A DNA stretch of 64,000 bases from Candidatus Uhrbacteria bacterium RIFOXYB12_FULL_58_10. GTDB lineage: Bacteria; Patescibacteriota; Patescibacteriia; UBA9934; GWF2-40-263. Shown here piece after piece: positions 19,467 to 27,823 of the stretch. Positions within the stretch are counted from its first letter, which is position 1, and every line of letters begins with the position of its first letter. The DNA lies in NCBI GenBank assembly GCA_943354165.1, contig CALRBH010000001.1, positions 16,828 to 80,827 on the forward strand, written 5' to 3'. The notes beneath the pieces are model-generated. The model saw only the letters and a list, made by a program, of their open reading frames with translations, searched no databases and was not told the origin of the DNA. A program made the position numbers and the translations under genes.

Positions 19467-20629
19467 ACTACCGCAGCGTTCTTTTCGTCCTCATCATCGC
19501 GACCGCTTTGCAAGGTAGTGTTGCCAATGCCGCGCCGAAATTCCGCCGACCTTTCGGGCAGAGTGTGACCGTCCTCAACTTCATGGATCACGATTCGAGT
19601 GCAAGCTGCAAAACGTATGACTGCAGAACAGGTTGTGCAACCGGTGTTGGAAAGAGCTATGGCGACCATGGTGGGACAGACTTCGACTTGGCTGTTGATT
19701 CAGCGCTCTACGCCGGAGCGAACGGTGTGTTCGAGAGCCGGTATGACGGCTGTTCGAACACCGGCACATTGATCAGCACGTGTGGCGGTGGATTCGGCAA
19801 TAATGTGCGCATGAAACATCCGGACATTTATTCGATCTATGGTCACATGAAAAACGGAACGCCAATCAATGTAGCGAATGGCACAATTATCAACTGCAGC
19901 CAGGAAATCGGTCGCAGCGCGAGTTCAGGAAGGTCGAACTGGCCGCATGTCCACTTCGAGCTCCGTACGGCCCCGACAAGCGCAACGACCTCGATCGACC
20001 CGTACTCGGGAACATGCAGCCAGTCGACCAGCTACTGGGTCTCGGTCACCGGTACGGCGCCGGCGACGACTTGTGCGAGTCCGCCCGCCGAGACCTGCAA
20101 TGGAGTCGACGACAATCAAAACACCATCATCGACGATCTCGAAAGCTGTTGGACGCCGGTCTACCGTTTTTGGGACACCTCGATGGCGTCGACGGCCCGC
20201 TCGCGCTGCTATGGAACGTCGTCAAGCCCTCCGTCGCTGTGCAGCGGATACGCACTTGAGTTCTCCGGGCCGGCCTTCTATGTGTACAGGAATTCTGGCA
20301 TACCCGGGACCGTCGAGTTGATTGCTTTCGATAAGAACCAGGACCATATCCTTACGCGTGGAGACGAGTCCGGCGATATCGCTGCGCTGACACAAGCTGG
20401 ATACACCCGCCGCGGGACGCTTGGCTACATCTGGAGCAGCACAAGTACTGCTCCAACAGGCACATTCTTCAAGCCGTCGGGTGCAAACACCTCCAGTGTG
20501 CGGAACCTGCGCCGCTTCTCGAAGAACCCACCAGGGATCCATCTCTTCCCGAACAACCCGGCTGAGACTGCACCGTCGGGCTGGTCCAACGAAGGCGTGC
20601 GCGGCTTTGTGTTTTCGTCCCGCTGGTGA
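19463..20629 (+). CDS. secreted M23-family (LytM-like) peptidoglycan metalloendopeptidase with C-terminal Cys-containing module
   Basis: Signal peptide; GDHGGTDFD (HxxxD) and HVHFE (HxH) zinc motifs; C-terminal CNGVDDNQNTIIDDLESCWTPVYRFWDTSMAS shared with the amidase. Confidence 0.8.
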   Translation: MNYRSVLFVLIIATALQGSVANAAPKFRRPFGQSVTVLNFMDHDSSASCKTYDCRTGCATGVGKSYGDHGGTDFDLAVDSALYAGANGVFESRYDGCSNTGTLISTCGGGFGNNVRMKHPDIYSIYGHMKNGTPINVANGTIINCSQEIGRSASSGRSNWPHVHFELRTAPTSATTSIDPYSGTCSQSTSYWVSVTGTAPATTCASPPAETCNGVDDNQNTIIDDLESCWTPVYRFWDTSMASTARSRCYGTSSSPPSLCSGYALEFSGPAFYVYRNSGIPGTVELIAFDKNQDHILTRGDESGDIAALTQAGYTRRGTLGYIWSSTSTAPTGTFFKPSGANTSSVRNLRRFSKNPPGIHLFPNNPAETAPSGWSNEGVRGFVFSSRW

Positions 20630-20642
20630 CCTGCGAAATTTG

Positions 20643-20661
20643 GGTGCCGCCAGGGTGCCGC
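20643..20661 (+). repeat. 19-bp direct repeat copy 1 (ggtgccgccagggtgccgc)
   Basis: Identical copy at 20872-20890; flanks the tRNA-like fragment and the integrase 3' end. Confidence 0.7.
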
Positions 20662-20778
20662 AAGCCCGCGGCGTTCGGCGGTTTCCAACGGAACAGGACG
20701 GGATGGAGCGGACCACGAGATCGTGAACATCGTCGAGGCTGTGCGGGCCAAAGTCGCTCCCCGTTCAGGGTTTTGTGC

Positions 20779-20805
20779 ACAACTCGCAACAGGTTCGATT
20801 CCCGC
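20779..20805 (+). other. tRNA 3'-end-like fragment (T-arm GGTTCGATTCC + acceptor strand + CCA), putative att-site remnant
   Basis: caggttcgattcccgccgcctccacca; no complete cloverleaf upstream. Confidence 0.45.
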
Positions 20806-20826
20806 CGCCTCCACCAGAAATGTGAC

Positions 20827-21918
20827 CTAGAAACGGGAGCTTACGGCTCCCGTTTCGCTTTTCTCGCCCTTGGTGCCGCCAGGGTGCCGCTCCGCCGATT
20901 TTCCAAACGGGCTCGGCTCGTCGAGCAGGACCACCGCCTCCCGTCGCGCGTCCGGCGAGAGGTGGGCGTAGCGCATGGTCATCTCGACGGTCGAGTGGCC
21001 CATGAGTTCCTGCACCGCACGGATCGGCACGCCACGCATCACGAGGTGGCTCGCGAACGTGTGCCGCAGAACGTGCCACCCGATGCGCCGGAGCCCTGCC
21101 CGTTTGCAGGTGCTCCACAGCGGGTGCTTGCAGTCCCCGTCGGTGAGCGGCTTGCCGTCCTCGCGGCAGAAGACCCGGTCCCCTCGCAGGTGCCGGTGCT
21201 TCTTGAGCGCCTCGACGACGGACTGGGCGAGAGGAACCTCTCGGCTCTTCCCGCTCTTGGGGGTTCCCTCGTGTCCCCGCCAGATGCTCCGGCGGACCAT
21301 GAGCCTCCCCGCAACCAGATCGACGTCGTCCCACTTGAGCCCGAGCAGCTCGCCTTGACGAAGGCCGGTCTTGAGCGCGACGACGATCATCGTCATCCAG
21401 ACATCCTTCGCCGCCGCGACGAGCCGGTCGGCTTCGGGGAAGTCGAGGAAGTCGAACTTGCAGGGAGGCGGCCGGAGCCAGTGGAACCTGGGCACCGTCG
21501 TGATCTCCCCGACGTCGCCGGCGGTGAGGCTCGGTTCGTCGCGACGCGGAGCACGGCTGAAGGCGACGTCGTGGGCAGGGTTCGACGGGAGGTGCTTCTT
21601 GGCGATGAGGAAGCCGAAGAAGCTGCGTAGGACCGTGAGCTTCCGGTTCCGCGTGGTGGGCGCGAGCGTTGAGTTCCCGTTGCCCAGGTATTCGACGAGC
21701 AGCTCACGCGTGACGGCTTCGGCGTCGACGATCTGGCGGGCCGCGGTAAACACGCCGAGCAGGCGAAGTTCGGCGCGATAGCTGACGACCGTGGCCGGCG
21801 AGAAACGCCGTTCCTCGTCGACGTGGGTCACAAAGAGGCGTGCTGCCTCGTCGATGCGCATGCGCTGTCTCCGGCGGCGGAGTGCCGCCGGCAGGGAGCC
21901 TGCCCAAGTTCGCCACAT
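20827..21918 (-). CDS. tyrosine-type site-specific integrase/recombinase
   Basis: 363 aa; catalytic region LRHTFASHLVMRGVPIRAVQELMGHSTVEMTMRYAHL; the C-terminal tail overlaps the direct repeat and a hairpin. Confidence 0.9.
   Translation of the reverse strand: MWRTWAGSLPAALRRRRQRMRIDEAARLFVTHVDEERRFSPATVVSYRAELRLLGVFTAARQIVDAEAVTRELLVEYLGNGNSTLAPTTRNRKLTVLRSFFGFLIAKKHLPSNPAHDVAFSRAPRRDEPSLTAGDVGEITTVPRFHWLRPPPCKFDFLDFPEADRLVAAAKDVWMTMIVVALKTGLRQGELLGLKWDDVDLVAGRLMVRRSIWRGHEGTPKSGKSREVPLAQSVVEALKKHRHLRGDRVFCREDGKPLTDGDCKHPLWSTCKRAGLRRIGWHVLRHTFASHLVMRGVPIRAVQELMGHSTVEMTMRYAHLSPDARREAVVLLDEPSPFGKSAERHPGGTKGEKSETGAVSSRF
20872..20890 (+). repeat. 19-bp direct repeat copy 2
   Basis: Identical to 20643-20661; lies within the integrase 3' coding end. 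Confidence 0.7.
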
Positions 21919-22107
21919 AGATGCAACTGCGCCGTCCGGATCTCCATCGACGTGGCTTGCGGGGCTCGACGGAGCGTCGCTTTTATTGTATGGTGATGCT
22001 AAACAGTCGCGGCACGTTCGGTTTCATGCCACCCACATGTCCCGCGGCCACGCGACGAACCGGCCGCGCTAACCTCGCCCGACGGATTTTCCCCGGGGCA
22101 ACAACCT

Positions 22108-22896
22108 ATGCCGACCCTAAACGACACAACACCAAGAATGGCCATTGGCGTAGCCGCCGCGTGCATCGCGCTGCTCGGTGCGGGGTGCCCGGTCAAACCC
22201 GAGCCGCCGCGGTCTGTTCCAGCGGCGAGCAGTAAAGTGCCCTCGATCATTGAAACAATCGTATTGCCGCAGCCAGCTTCAAGCGAGCCATCACCACCTT
22301 CTCTTATTGATCCCCGGTTTTCGGACGATGGAACCTCGGTGTTGTTTACAAATGCGCGGGGTCTAAGCACCATTCGAATCGCGCTACCGGAAGCGATCCA
22401 TGCCTTCCCAGTGACCACACAATCGACCGGACTTTTTCTCGAGCGGAATGGCTCGATACTTGCGCGTTTTCCAAACGAGAGCGATCGGGAGGTTGTTGTT
22501 GCCGTCGGAGAGCAATATTGGGGCTCGCAGTTTTCTCCGAATGGAGACTGGATCCTCTTTCAGGAAGACAGAGTAGATGGGGCCCACATCTGGGTCATCA
22601 ACAAAGACGGCGCTGAACGCCGCGATCTCGGTCTCGGGCAGCAGCCTACATGGCTTCACAATTCCCAGGGTGTTCTCTTCGTAATTGCCGAGATGGGCCA
22701 GGACATAGAAAACCAGCATAATATCGTGGCGAGCGACCTGTGGTTTGCCTCGGTCGACGGAACTCACCGAGTTTCCTTGACCACGACCGCGGACCAAGTC
22801 GAACTCAATCCGATCGTCGCCAACGATGGCAAACACGTCGTTTCAATCGACGGCTCGACTGGTCAGGTCTTGCTCTCAACTCTTGGCGAGAGGTAG
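22108..22896 (+). CDS. lipoprotein with TolB-like beta-propeller repeats
   Basis: Lipobox LLGAGC; PD40-like repeats (FSPNGDWILF, WFASVDGTH). Confidence 0.6.
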   Translation: MPTLNDTTPRMAIGVAAACIALLGAGCPVKPEPPRSVPAASSKVPSIIETIVLPQPASSEPSPPSLIDPRFSDDGTSVLFTNARGLSTIRIALPEAIHAFPVTTQSTGLFLERNGSILARFPNESDREVVVAVGEQYWGSQFSPNGDWILFQEDRVDGAHIWVINKDGAERRDLGLGQQPTWLHNSQGVLFVIAEMGQDIENQHNIVASDLWFASVDGTHRVSLTTTADQVELNPIVANDGKHVVSIDGSTGQVLLSTLGER

Positions 22897-22901
22897 CCCT
22901 G

Positions 22902-24845
22902 ATGCAGCAAGCTCGACGATTGAATCATGCGATGGTTGCCGCAGTTCTCCTGACCGCGACGACTGCATCTTACGCACAGACATCACCCTATAAGAAAATC
23001 TTCTTGAACCCAAGTGACCAGACATGGAACCTGGTTACGGGCGGAGGGACTGAAGCGGAATACGCTCGATTGATCGCAGCACGAGTGCAGACCCACCTTA
23101 TTTCGGCGGGACACAGCGTTAAGCTGCACTATTCGCGTCCTGATGCTCCGAAGCGTGCGAGAGAGTGGTCAGCAGATTATTTCGTCTCGATCCACTCAAA
23201 CGCAGGACGATCACACGGCATTGAAACCCTCTTTGGGGTCACGCCAACGAGCGAAGAATTTGCTCTGACCATCAAGACAGCGCTATTGGATGGTTATGGA
23301 AATCAGGAAGGATTTCCTGACCGAAGAGTCATAAATGGGGTTAACATCGCGGATGTCTTGGCATTTACAACCATGCCGGCGGTGCTCGCTGAAACAATGT
23401 TCCACGATTGCACAACGGTGCATACGTCAACAAGTGAGTCTGCGTTTTTGCGAAGTGAAGATGGGCAAAAGCGTGTTGCCCTAGCGTTGGCTCACGGCAT
23501 TTGTTCAGAGTTCGGCGAAGACTGCGGGTGCGCCATTTCAGCCGGTGAAGGATCGAGCGACGCTGAGGTTTTTGCTGACGCATTCGAGCGTTGGGGCGGA
23601 CGACTTGGCTGCCCAGCGGAGGCGGGCGGAGGACCGAACGTCCACGACGTATTCGGAGTATCCTTGCAGGATTTCTATCAACCTTCTGCGGAATGGCATT
23701 TTGATGGGAGTGACGGGAGAACAGCGCTCGCCTATGGAGGCTCGGGTGATAGCGCGTCCGCGTCACTCCTTCGCAGTGGATTCTGGGCCGCATACAAGTG
23801 TCTGGTCGCTCCAAGCGGTGGAGGTATGGGTGGGGCGCATTATTTAGGAGCTCCGCTTAGCGAGGAGTATCGACGCGGACAAGGTGGCGAACGCAGTGAC
23901 CCTCTGGATCATGGGAATCTGCTGTGTCCGAACGGGCATACATGTCAAGATTTCGAGCACGGTCACATGTGGTTCGGTAATGAGACCCCATCACCATCCG
24001 TCCATATTCATGTAACAGGTGTAACGGAGCAGGATGGTGACAGATCGACGTGCGTCCAGCCCCCTCCTGGGATCAGGCAGGATTGTCTCGACCCCGGCCT
24101 CAATCTACGGTTCTGCGACAACCCCCCTTTTGGGCCGGTCTGTGGTGATGAGAGTTGCGACGCTGACAGCGAGAGCTATTCGTCCTGCGCTGCCGACTGC
24201 TTCTACACCTCCGCGCTCCCATCACAGACACCCAACGGCGTCTCCCGGATGTGCCCTGGCGAGACCACGTTCTTCACGCTCGAATACGAGAACACAGGGA
24301 CGCTTCCGTGGATCGACACAGACGACGGCGTTTCTGGCCCTGCATACGTCGAGCTGCGGTCAGTGAACCCAAGCGGCAGCGACGAGGTCGACTCCCCCCT
24401 GTTCCCGGGTTCACCCTGGATCAACCCGCAGCGCGTCGGCCCGCCGCTCGATTCTAATGTCGAGCCCGGCGCCTTCGCGACGTTCAACGTACCGGTGCTC
24501 GTTCCGGCCGATGCTGTTCCAGGCGAAGAGATTGCCGCGTATTTCAGGCCGTACTCTGCCGAGATGGATCAGTCCGGCGACGGCTTCTTCGAAGACTGGG
24601 GCGAGGCCCACTTCACTGTTCAGGTACGCGATTGCACGCCGGCCGGGACGACCTGCGCCGCCCTGCCTGCTGAGACTTGCAACGGCATCGACGACAACCA
24701 GAACACCGTGATCGACGATCTTGAGAGTTGTTGGGTTCCCGTCTATCGGTTTTGGGACACGTCAATGGCCTCAAACATTACGGTGGGCATGTCGATGGAG
24801 GATTCCTTGAACGTTCTCGCCTGTATCGCATTGAGGAAGCCGTAA
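22902..24845 (+). CDS. N-acetylmuramoyl-L-alanine amidase (Amidase_3) with long C-terminal extension ending in the CNG..DDNQNT module
   Basis: Signal peptide; YFVSIHSNAG…(H/E) Zn ligands of Amidase_3; C-terminal AETCNGIDDNQNTVIDDLESCWVPVYRFWDTSMAS. Confidence 0.75.
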   Translation: MQQARRLNHAMVAAVLLTATTASYAQTSPYKKIFLNPSDQTWNLVTGGGTEAEYARLIAARVQTHLISAGHSVKLHYSRPDAPKRAREWSADYFVSIHSNAGRSHGIETLFGVTPTSEEFALTIKTALLDGYGNQEGFPDRRVINGVNIADVLAFTTMPAVLAETMFHDCTTVHTSTSESAFLRSEDGQKRVALALAHGICSEFGEDCGCAISAGEGSSDAEVFADAFERWGGRLGCPAEAGGGPNVHDVFGVSLQDFYQPSAEWHFDGSDGRTALAYGGSGDSASASLLRSGFWAAYKCLVAPSGGGMGGAHYLGAPLSEEYRRGQGGERSDPLDHGNLLCPNGHTCQDFEHGHMWFGNETPSPSVHIHVTGVTEQDGDRSTCVQPPPGIRQDCLDPGLNLRFCDNPPFGPVCGDESCDADSESYSSCAADCFYTSALPSQTPNGVSRMCPGETTFFTLEYENTGTLPWIDTDDGVSGPAYVELRSVNPSGSDEVDSPLFPGSPWINPQRVGPPLDSNVEPGAFATFNVPVLVPADAVPGEEIAAYFRPYSAEMDQSGDGFFEDWGEAHFTVQVRDCTPAGTTCAALPAETCNGIDDNQNTVIDDLESCWVPVYRFWDTSMASNITVGMSMEDSLNVLACIALRKP

Positions 24846-24997
24846 AGGTGTTGTCTATGGCGCTTAAGGGAAATTCGACGATGACCTTGCCTGAAGCAAA
24901 GAAGTTTCTTGTCGAAAGTATCTAAAATAGCGAGGTTTCCTTCCGATAACCGCCCTTGCCAATTTAGACATATTGGGCTAGGATTCCGGGGGTTCAT

Positions 24998-25074
24998 GGC
25001 TGGGTAGCTCAGTTGGTTAGAGCACGGGACTCATAAGCCTGAGGTCGCGAGTTCGAATCTCGCCCCAGCTACCA
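24998..25074 (+). tRNA. elongator tRNA-Met (anticodon CAU; Ile2/lysidine type not excluded), CCA encoded
   Basis: Near-identical architecture to E. coli elongator tRNA-Met (GGCT…TAGCTCAGTTGGTTAGAGCA…CTCATAA…GGTTCGAATC…ACCA); one A·G mismatch in the anticodon stem. Confidence 0.8.
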
Positions 25075-25180
25075 GAATCGTTTATCCTCTTCTCGAATCC
25101 TCGCAGAGAGGATGCCGGAGGAGGGCTAAGCGATTAGCCTCAGTATCGCGGGGTAGAGCAGCCAGGCAGCTCGCCAGGCT

Positions 25181-25870
25181 CGAGTGCTCCGATCATTTCT
25201 TTCCGAACATGGATACCAAACTCAAGGGAGATATTGCTGAACAGGCATCTGTTTTGCAGGCCCTCCGAAGAGGTTGGGGTGTTCTTCGCCCGTGTGGGGA
25301 CCGTCATCCGTATGACATGGTCTTCGAGATACGGGGTGTGTTCGTCCGAGTGCAAGTGAAGCACGCATGGCTTGATAAGAAGTCTAGCAACTACGTGATC
25401 GATAATCGTCGGACAAAGACGAATCGTCTGGTCATGAAGCGCCAGCCATATCAAGCAAGCGACTTTGACTTCGCGCTCGCGTACGTCCCAGAAGGAGAAA
25501 ACTTTTATGTGTTCCCACAGAATACATTCTCCAGTTTCGGAAGCGTGATCCACATGGTGGAACATGATAAGCGCCAACGTAAACCGCGATCTGCGGAATA
25601 CAGAAACGCTTGGGAATTGATCGAGCGATGGGCCGCGCATGGGGAAACTCATGCGGCAACCTCTGTCAAATTCGGGGAAGCCTAACGGTGGTAATCCCGA
25701 GCCAAGCCCTGAGACGCCGCAAGGCGGTCGAAGGGAAGGTGTAGAGACTTAACGGCAGACACCCTCGCGCCCCTCCTACGCTCCTCGGAGCTTCGGTGGG
25801 CGGTGCAGGGTGAAGAGAAAGTCCAGACTACGAATCCCGCAAGGGAGCGGCGAAAGCCGAAGTAGGTAAG
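25181..25870 (+). ncRNA. group I-like self-splicing intron in the tRNA-fMet anticodon loop
   Basis: 5' exon ends in U, intron ends in G (omega-G); 3' core contains GAAGGTGTAGAGACTTAACGGCAGACACC and GAGCCAAGC, resembling the P7 region of anticodon-loop tRNA introns as recalled from memory. Confidence 0.6.
25209..25685 (+). CDS. intron-encoded putative homing endonuclease (possible PD-(D/E)xK fold)
   Basis: 158-aa ORF wholly inside the intron; D…E.K-like acidic/lysine motif (PYDMVFE…VQVK); context analogous to cyanobacterial tRNA-fMet intron endonucleases. Confidence 0.5.
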   Translation: MDTKLKGDIAEQASVLQALRRGWGVLRPCGDRHPYDMVFEIRGVFVRVQVKHAWLDKKSSNYVIDNRRTKTNRLVMKRQPYQASDFDFALAYVPEGENFYVFPQNTFSSFGSVIHMVEHDKRQRKPRSAEYRNAWELIERWAAHGETHAATSVKFGEA

Positions 25871-26015
25871 CATAACCTGGAGGTCGTGGGTTCAAATCCC
25901 GCCCCCGCTACCAAAATATCCTCTGAGAAATCAGGGGATATTTTTGTTGAAAATGAGCCACGTTTTCCCGCTTCCGTTTTCCCCCCACCTCGATTATACT
26001 ATCCGCGTACTCACT

Positions 26016-26789
26016 ATGGGCATCGTGGTAACAGTAGCGAACCAAAAGGGCGGGGTTGGGAAGACCACCACGACCGTGAACCTCGCCGCATATCTTGCGG
26101 ACGCGGGGAAGTTTGTCTTGATCGTGGACTTGGACCCGCAGGCCAATGCCACATCCGCCCTCGGCATCGATCACCGGAGTCTCTCCGGCGGTTCCTATGA
26201 GGTGCTCATCGGCGGCGCAAAGGCGCGCGATTTCATTTTGCCGACTACCCACGCCGGTCTTCGCATTCTCCCATCCACGCAGGCACTTGCCGGCGCAGCG
26301 GTGGAACTCGTGACGGCAGATTCTCGCGAACATTTTTTGCGCGAGGCGCTTAAGGAAGTGAAGAACGATTACGACTACATCCTCATCGATCTTCCTCCTT
26401 CGCTCGGGCTCATCACCATCAACGGGTTCGTCGCATCGGATTCCGTGCTCATTCCTGTGCAGGCGGAATATTTTGCTCTCGAGGGTGTGGGTCAGTTGCT
26501 CAATACCATCAACCTCATCCGGGAGAACATCAAGCCGGAGCTTGAGATCATGGGCGCGGTCATCACCATGTACGACTCGCGCACCAAACTTTCTCAGGAA
26601 GTTCTCGAAGAGCTCTATCGATATTTCCCAGACAAGATTTTCCGCTCCGTGATTCCTCGAAGCGTCCGGCTTGCAGAAGCACCGTCGTTCGGCAAAACGA
26701 TTCTCGGCTACGACCCGTCGTCGAAGGCCGCGAAGTCGTACGAACGGTTGGCACGCGAGTTCATCATGCGGGAAGAGGGATTGGTATGA
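26016..26789 (+). CDS. parA: chromosome partitioning ATPase ParA/Soj
   Basis: Deviant Walker A KGGVGKTT; start taken at MGIVVTVANQ. Confidence 0.9.
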   Translation: MGIVVTVANQKGGVGKTTTTVNLAAYLADAGKFVLIVDLDPQANATSALGIDHRSLSGGSYEVLIGGAKARDFILPTTHAGLRILPSTQALAGAAVELVTADSREHFLREALKEVKNDYDYILIDLPPSLGLITINGFVASDSVLIPVQAEYFALEGVGQLLNTINLIRENIKPELEIMGAVITMYDSRTKLSQEVLEELYRYFPDKIFRSVIPRSVRLAEAPSFGKTILGYDPSSKAAKSYERLAREFIMREEGLV

Positions 26790-26920
26790 TAAACGACAAA
26801 AAACAAACGACAAACGACAAAGAAAAATTAAAAACTCCAAACGGGGGAAAAATTTACGGATTTGTCGTTTCCTGTCTTTCTTTGTCGTTTAGGATTTATC
26901 GTTTGTCGTTTTAGCCCCAT
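26790..26920. repeat. A-rich intergenic array of AAACGACAA units (x3) and inverted TTGTCGTTT units (x4) between parA and parB
   Basis: Read directly; forms a long imperfect palindrome; does not match canonical parS. Confidence 0.5.
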
Positions 26921-27778
26921 ATGCAAAAATCAGTTTTGGGTCGCGGCCTCGGGTCGCTCATCCCGCAAAAGCAAAGCATCACCGAACAGATCATCCCTTC
27001 CGCCCGGCGGGAGATCTTGGAAATTTCACCCGATAAGATCCGGGCCAATCCACGACAGCCACGTGCGCATTTTTCTCCGGCTGAGCTTGAGGATCTCATC
27101 GCGTCCGTAAAGGAGCATGGTATTCTTTCGCCACTCATCGTGACGCGTACGGCCGACGGGTACGAACTCGTCGCCGGTGAACGTCGTCTGCGCGCGGCCA
27201 AGGCCCTTGGGCTCAAGGAAGTTCCCGCCGTCGTTCGTGACGCCACGGAGCAGCAGAAGCTCGAGTGGGCCATCATCGAGAACACCCAGCGCCAGGATTT
27301 GAACGCGGTTGAAGAAGCGCTCGGCTATAAGGCGCTCATCGAAGAATTCAACCTTACGCAGGAGGAGGTTGCGAAGAAAGTGGGAAAGAGCCGATCGAAC
27401 GTGGCGAACATTGTCCGTTTGCTCGATCTTCCGGAAGACATCCTGATTGCGATCCGCGACAATCGCATTACAAAGAGTCACGCACGAACGCTTCTTTCCG
27501 AACCTGACGAAGCGAAGCAGCGCGCACTTTTCGAACGCATCCTCCAAGGCGGCGTCACGGTGCGCGAAGTCGAATCGAAAGTTTCGAACATGGGCGGCCG
27601 CAAGCGTATCGCGACGGCAGGAATGAAGGATCCAAACATCGCCGCGCACGAGAAGCGCCTGCGCGAAATCCTCAACACGAAAGTTTCCATTCAGGAACAG
27701 GCCGGGAAGGGAAAGATTACGATTGAGTTTTACTCCAAGGAAGAACTGCTTTCGTTGCTTGACACGCTGATGACATAA
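26921..27778 (+). CDS. parB: chromosome partitioning protein ParB/Spo0J
   Basis: 285 aa; ParB box GERRLRAAKALGL and HTH. Confidence 0.9.
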   Translation: MQKSVLGRGLGSLIPQKQSITEQIIPSARREILEISPDKIRANPRQPRAHFSPAELEDLIASVKEHGILSPLIVTRTADGYELVAGERRLRAAKALGLKEVPAVVRDATEQQKLEWAIIENTQRQDLNAVEEALGYKALIEEFNLTQEEVAKKVGKSRSNVANIVRLLDLPEDILIAIRDNRITKSHARTLLSEPDEAKQRALFERILQGGVTVREVESKVSNMGGRKRIATAGMKDPNIAAHEKRLREILNTKVSIQEQAGKGKITIEFYSKEELLSLLDTLMT

Positions 27779-27781
27779 TGC

Positions 27782-27823
27782 AAAACCGCCCTTCGATAAA
27801 AACTCAGGGCGGTTTTGCTTTTA
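27782..27823. terminator. bidirectional rho-independent terminator (aaaaccgccc…gggcggtttt) between convergent parB and relA
   Basis: Hairpin with flanking A/T runs on both strands. Confidence 0.6.

Larger units (their letters stand above)
17067..24997. mobile_element. putative integrative genomic island between tRNA-Leu and tRNA-Met (integrase, VapBC, secreted cell-wall hydrolases)
   Basis: Visibly higher GC than flanks; tyrosine integrase; starts right after a tRNA 3' end; internal tRNA-3'-like fragment with direct repeats. Confidence 0.5.
25147..25913 (+). tRNA. initiator tRNA-fMet (CAU) split by a 690-nt intron between U33 and C34; exons 25147-25180 and 25871-25913
   Basis: Joined exons give CGCGGGGTAGAGCAGCCAGGCAGCTCGCCAGGCT|CATAACCTGGAGGTCGTGGGTTCAAATCCCGCCCCCGCTACCA, colinear with E. 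coli tRNA-fMet: C1:U72 mismatch, A11:U24, CAU anticodon, 77 nt with CCA. Confidence 0.75.

Noticed and set aside
20700-20805. Possible complete tRNA or tmRNA ending in GGTTCGATTCCCGCCGCCTCCACCA
   Set aside because: No D-arm or anticodon arm, and no pairing 5' acceptor strand could be found upstream; treated as a 3' fragment only.
20626-21630. 334-aa plus-strand ORF
   Set aside because: Antisense to the integrase; low complexity.
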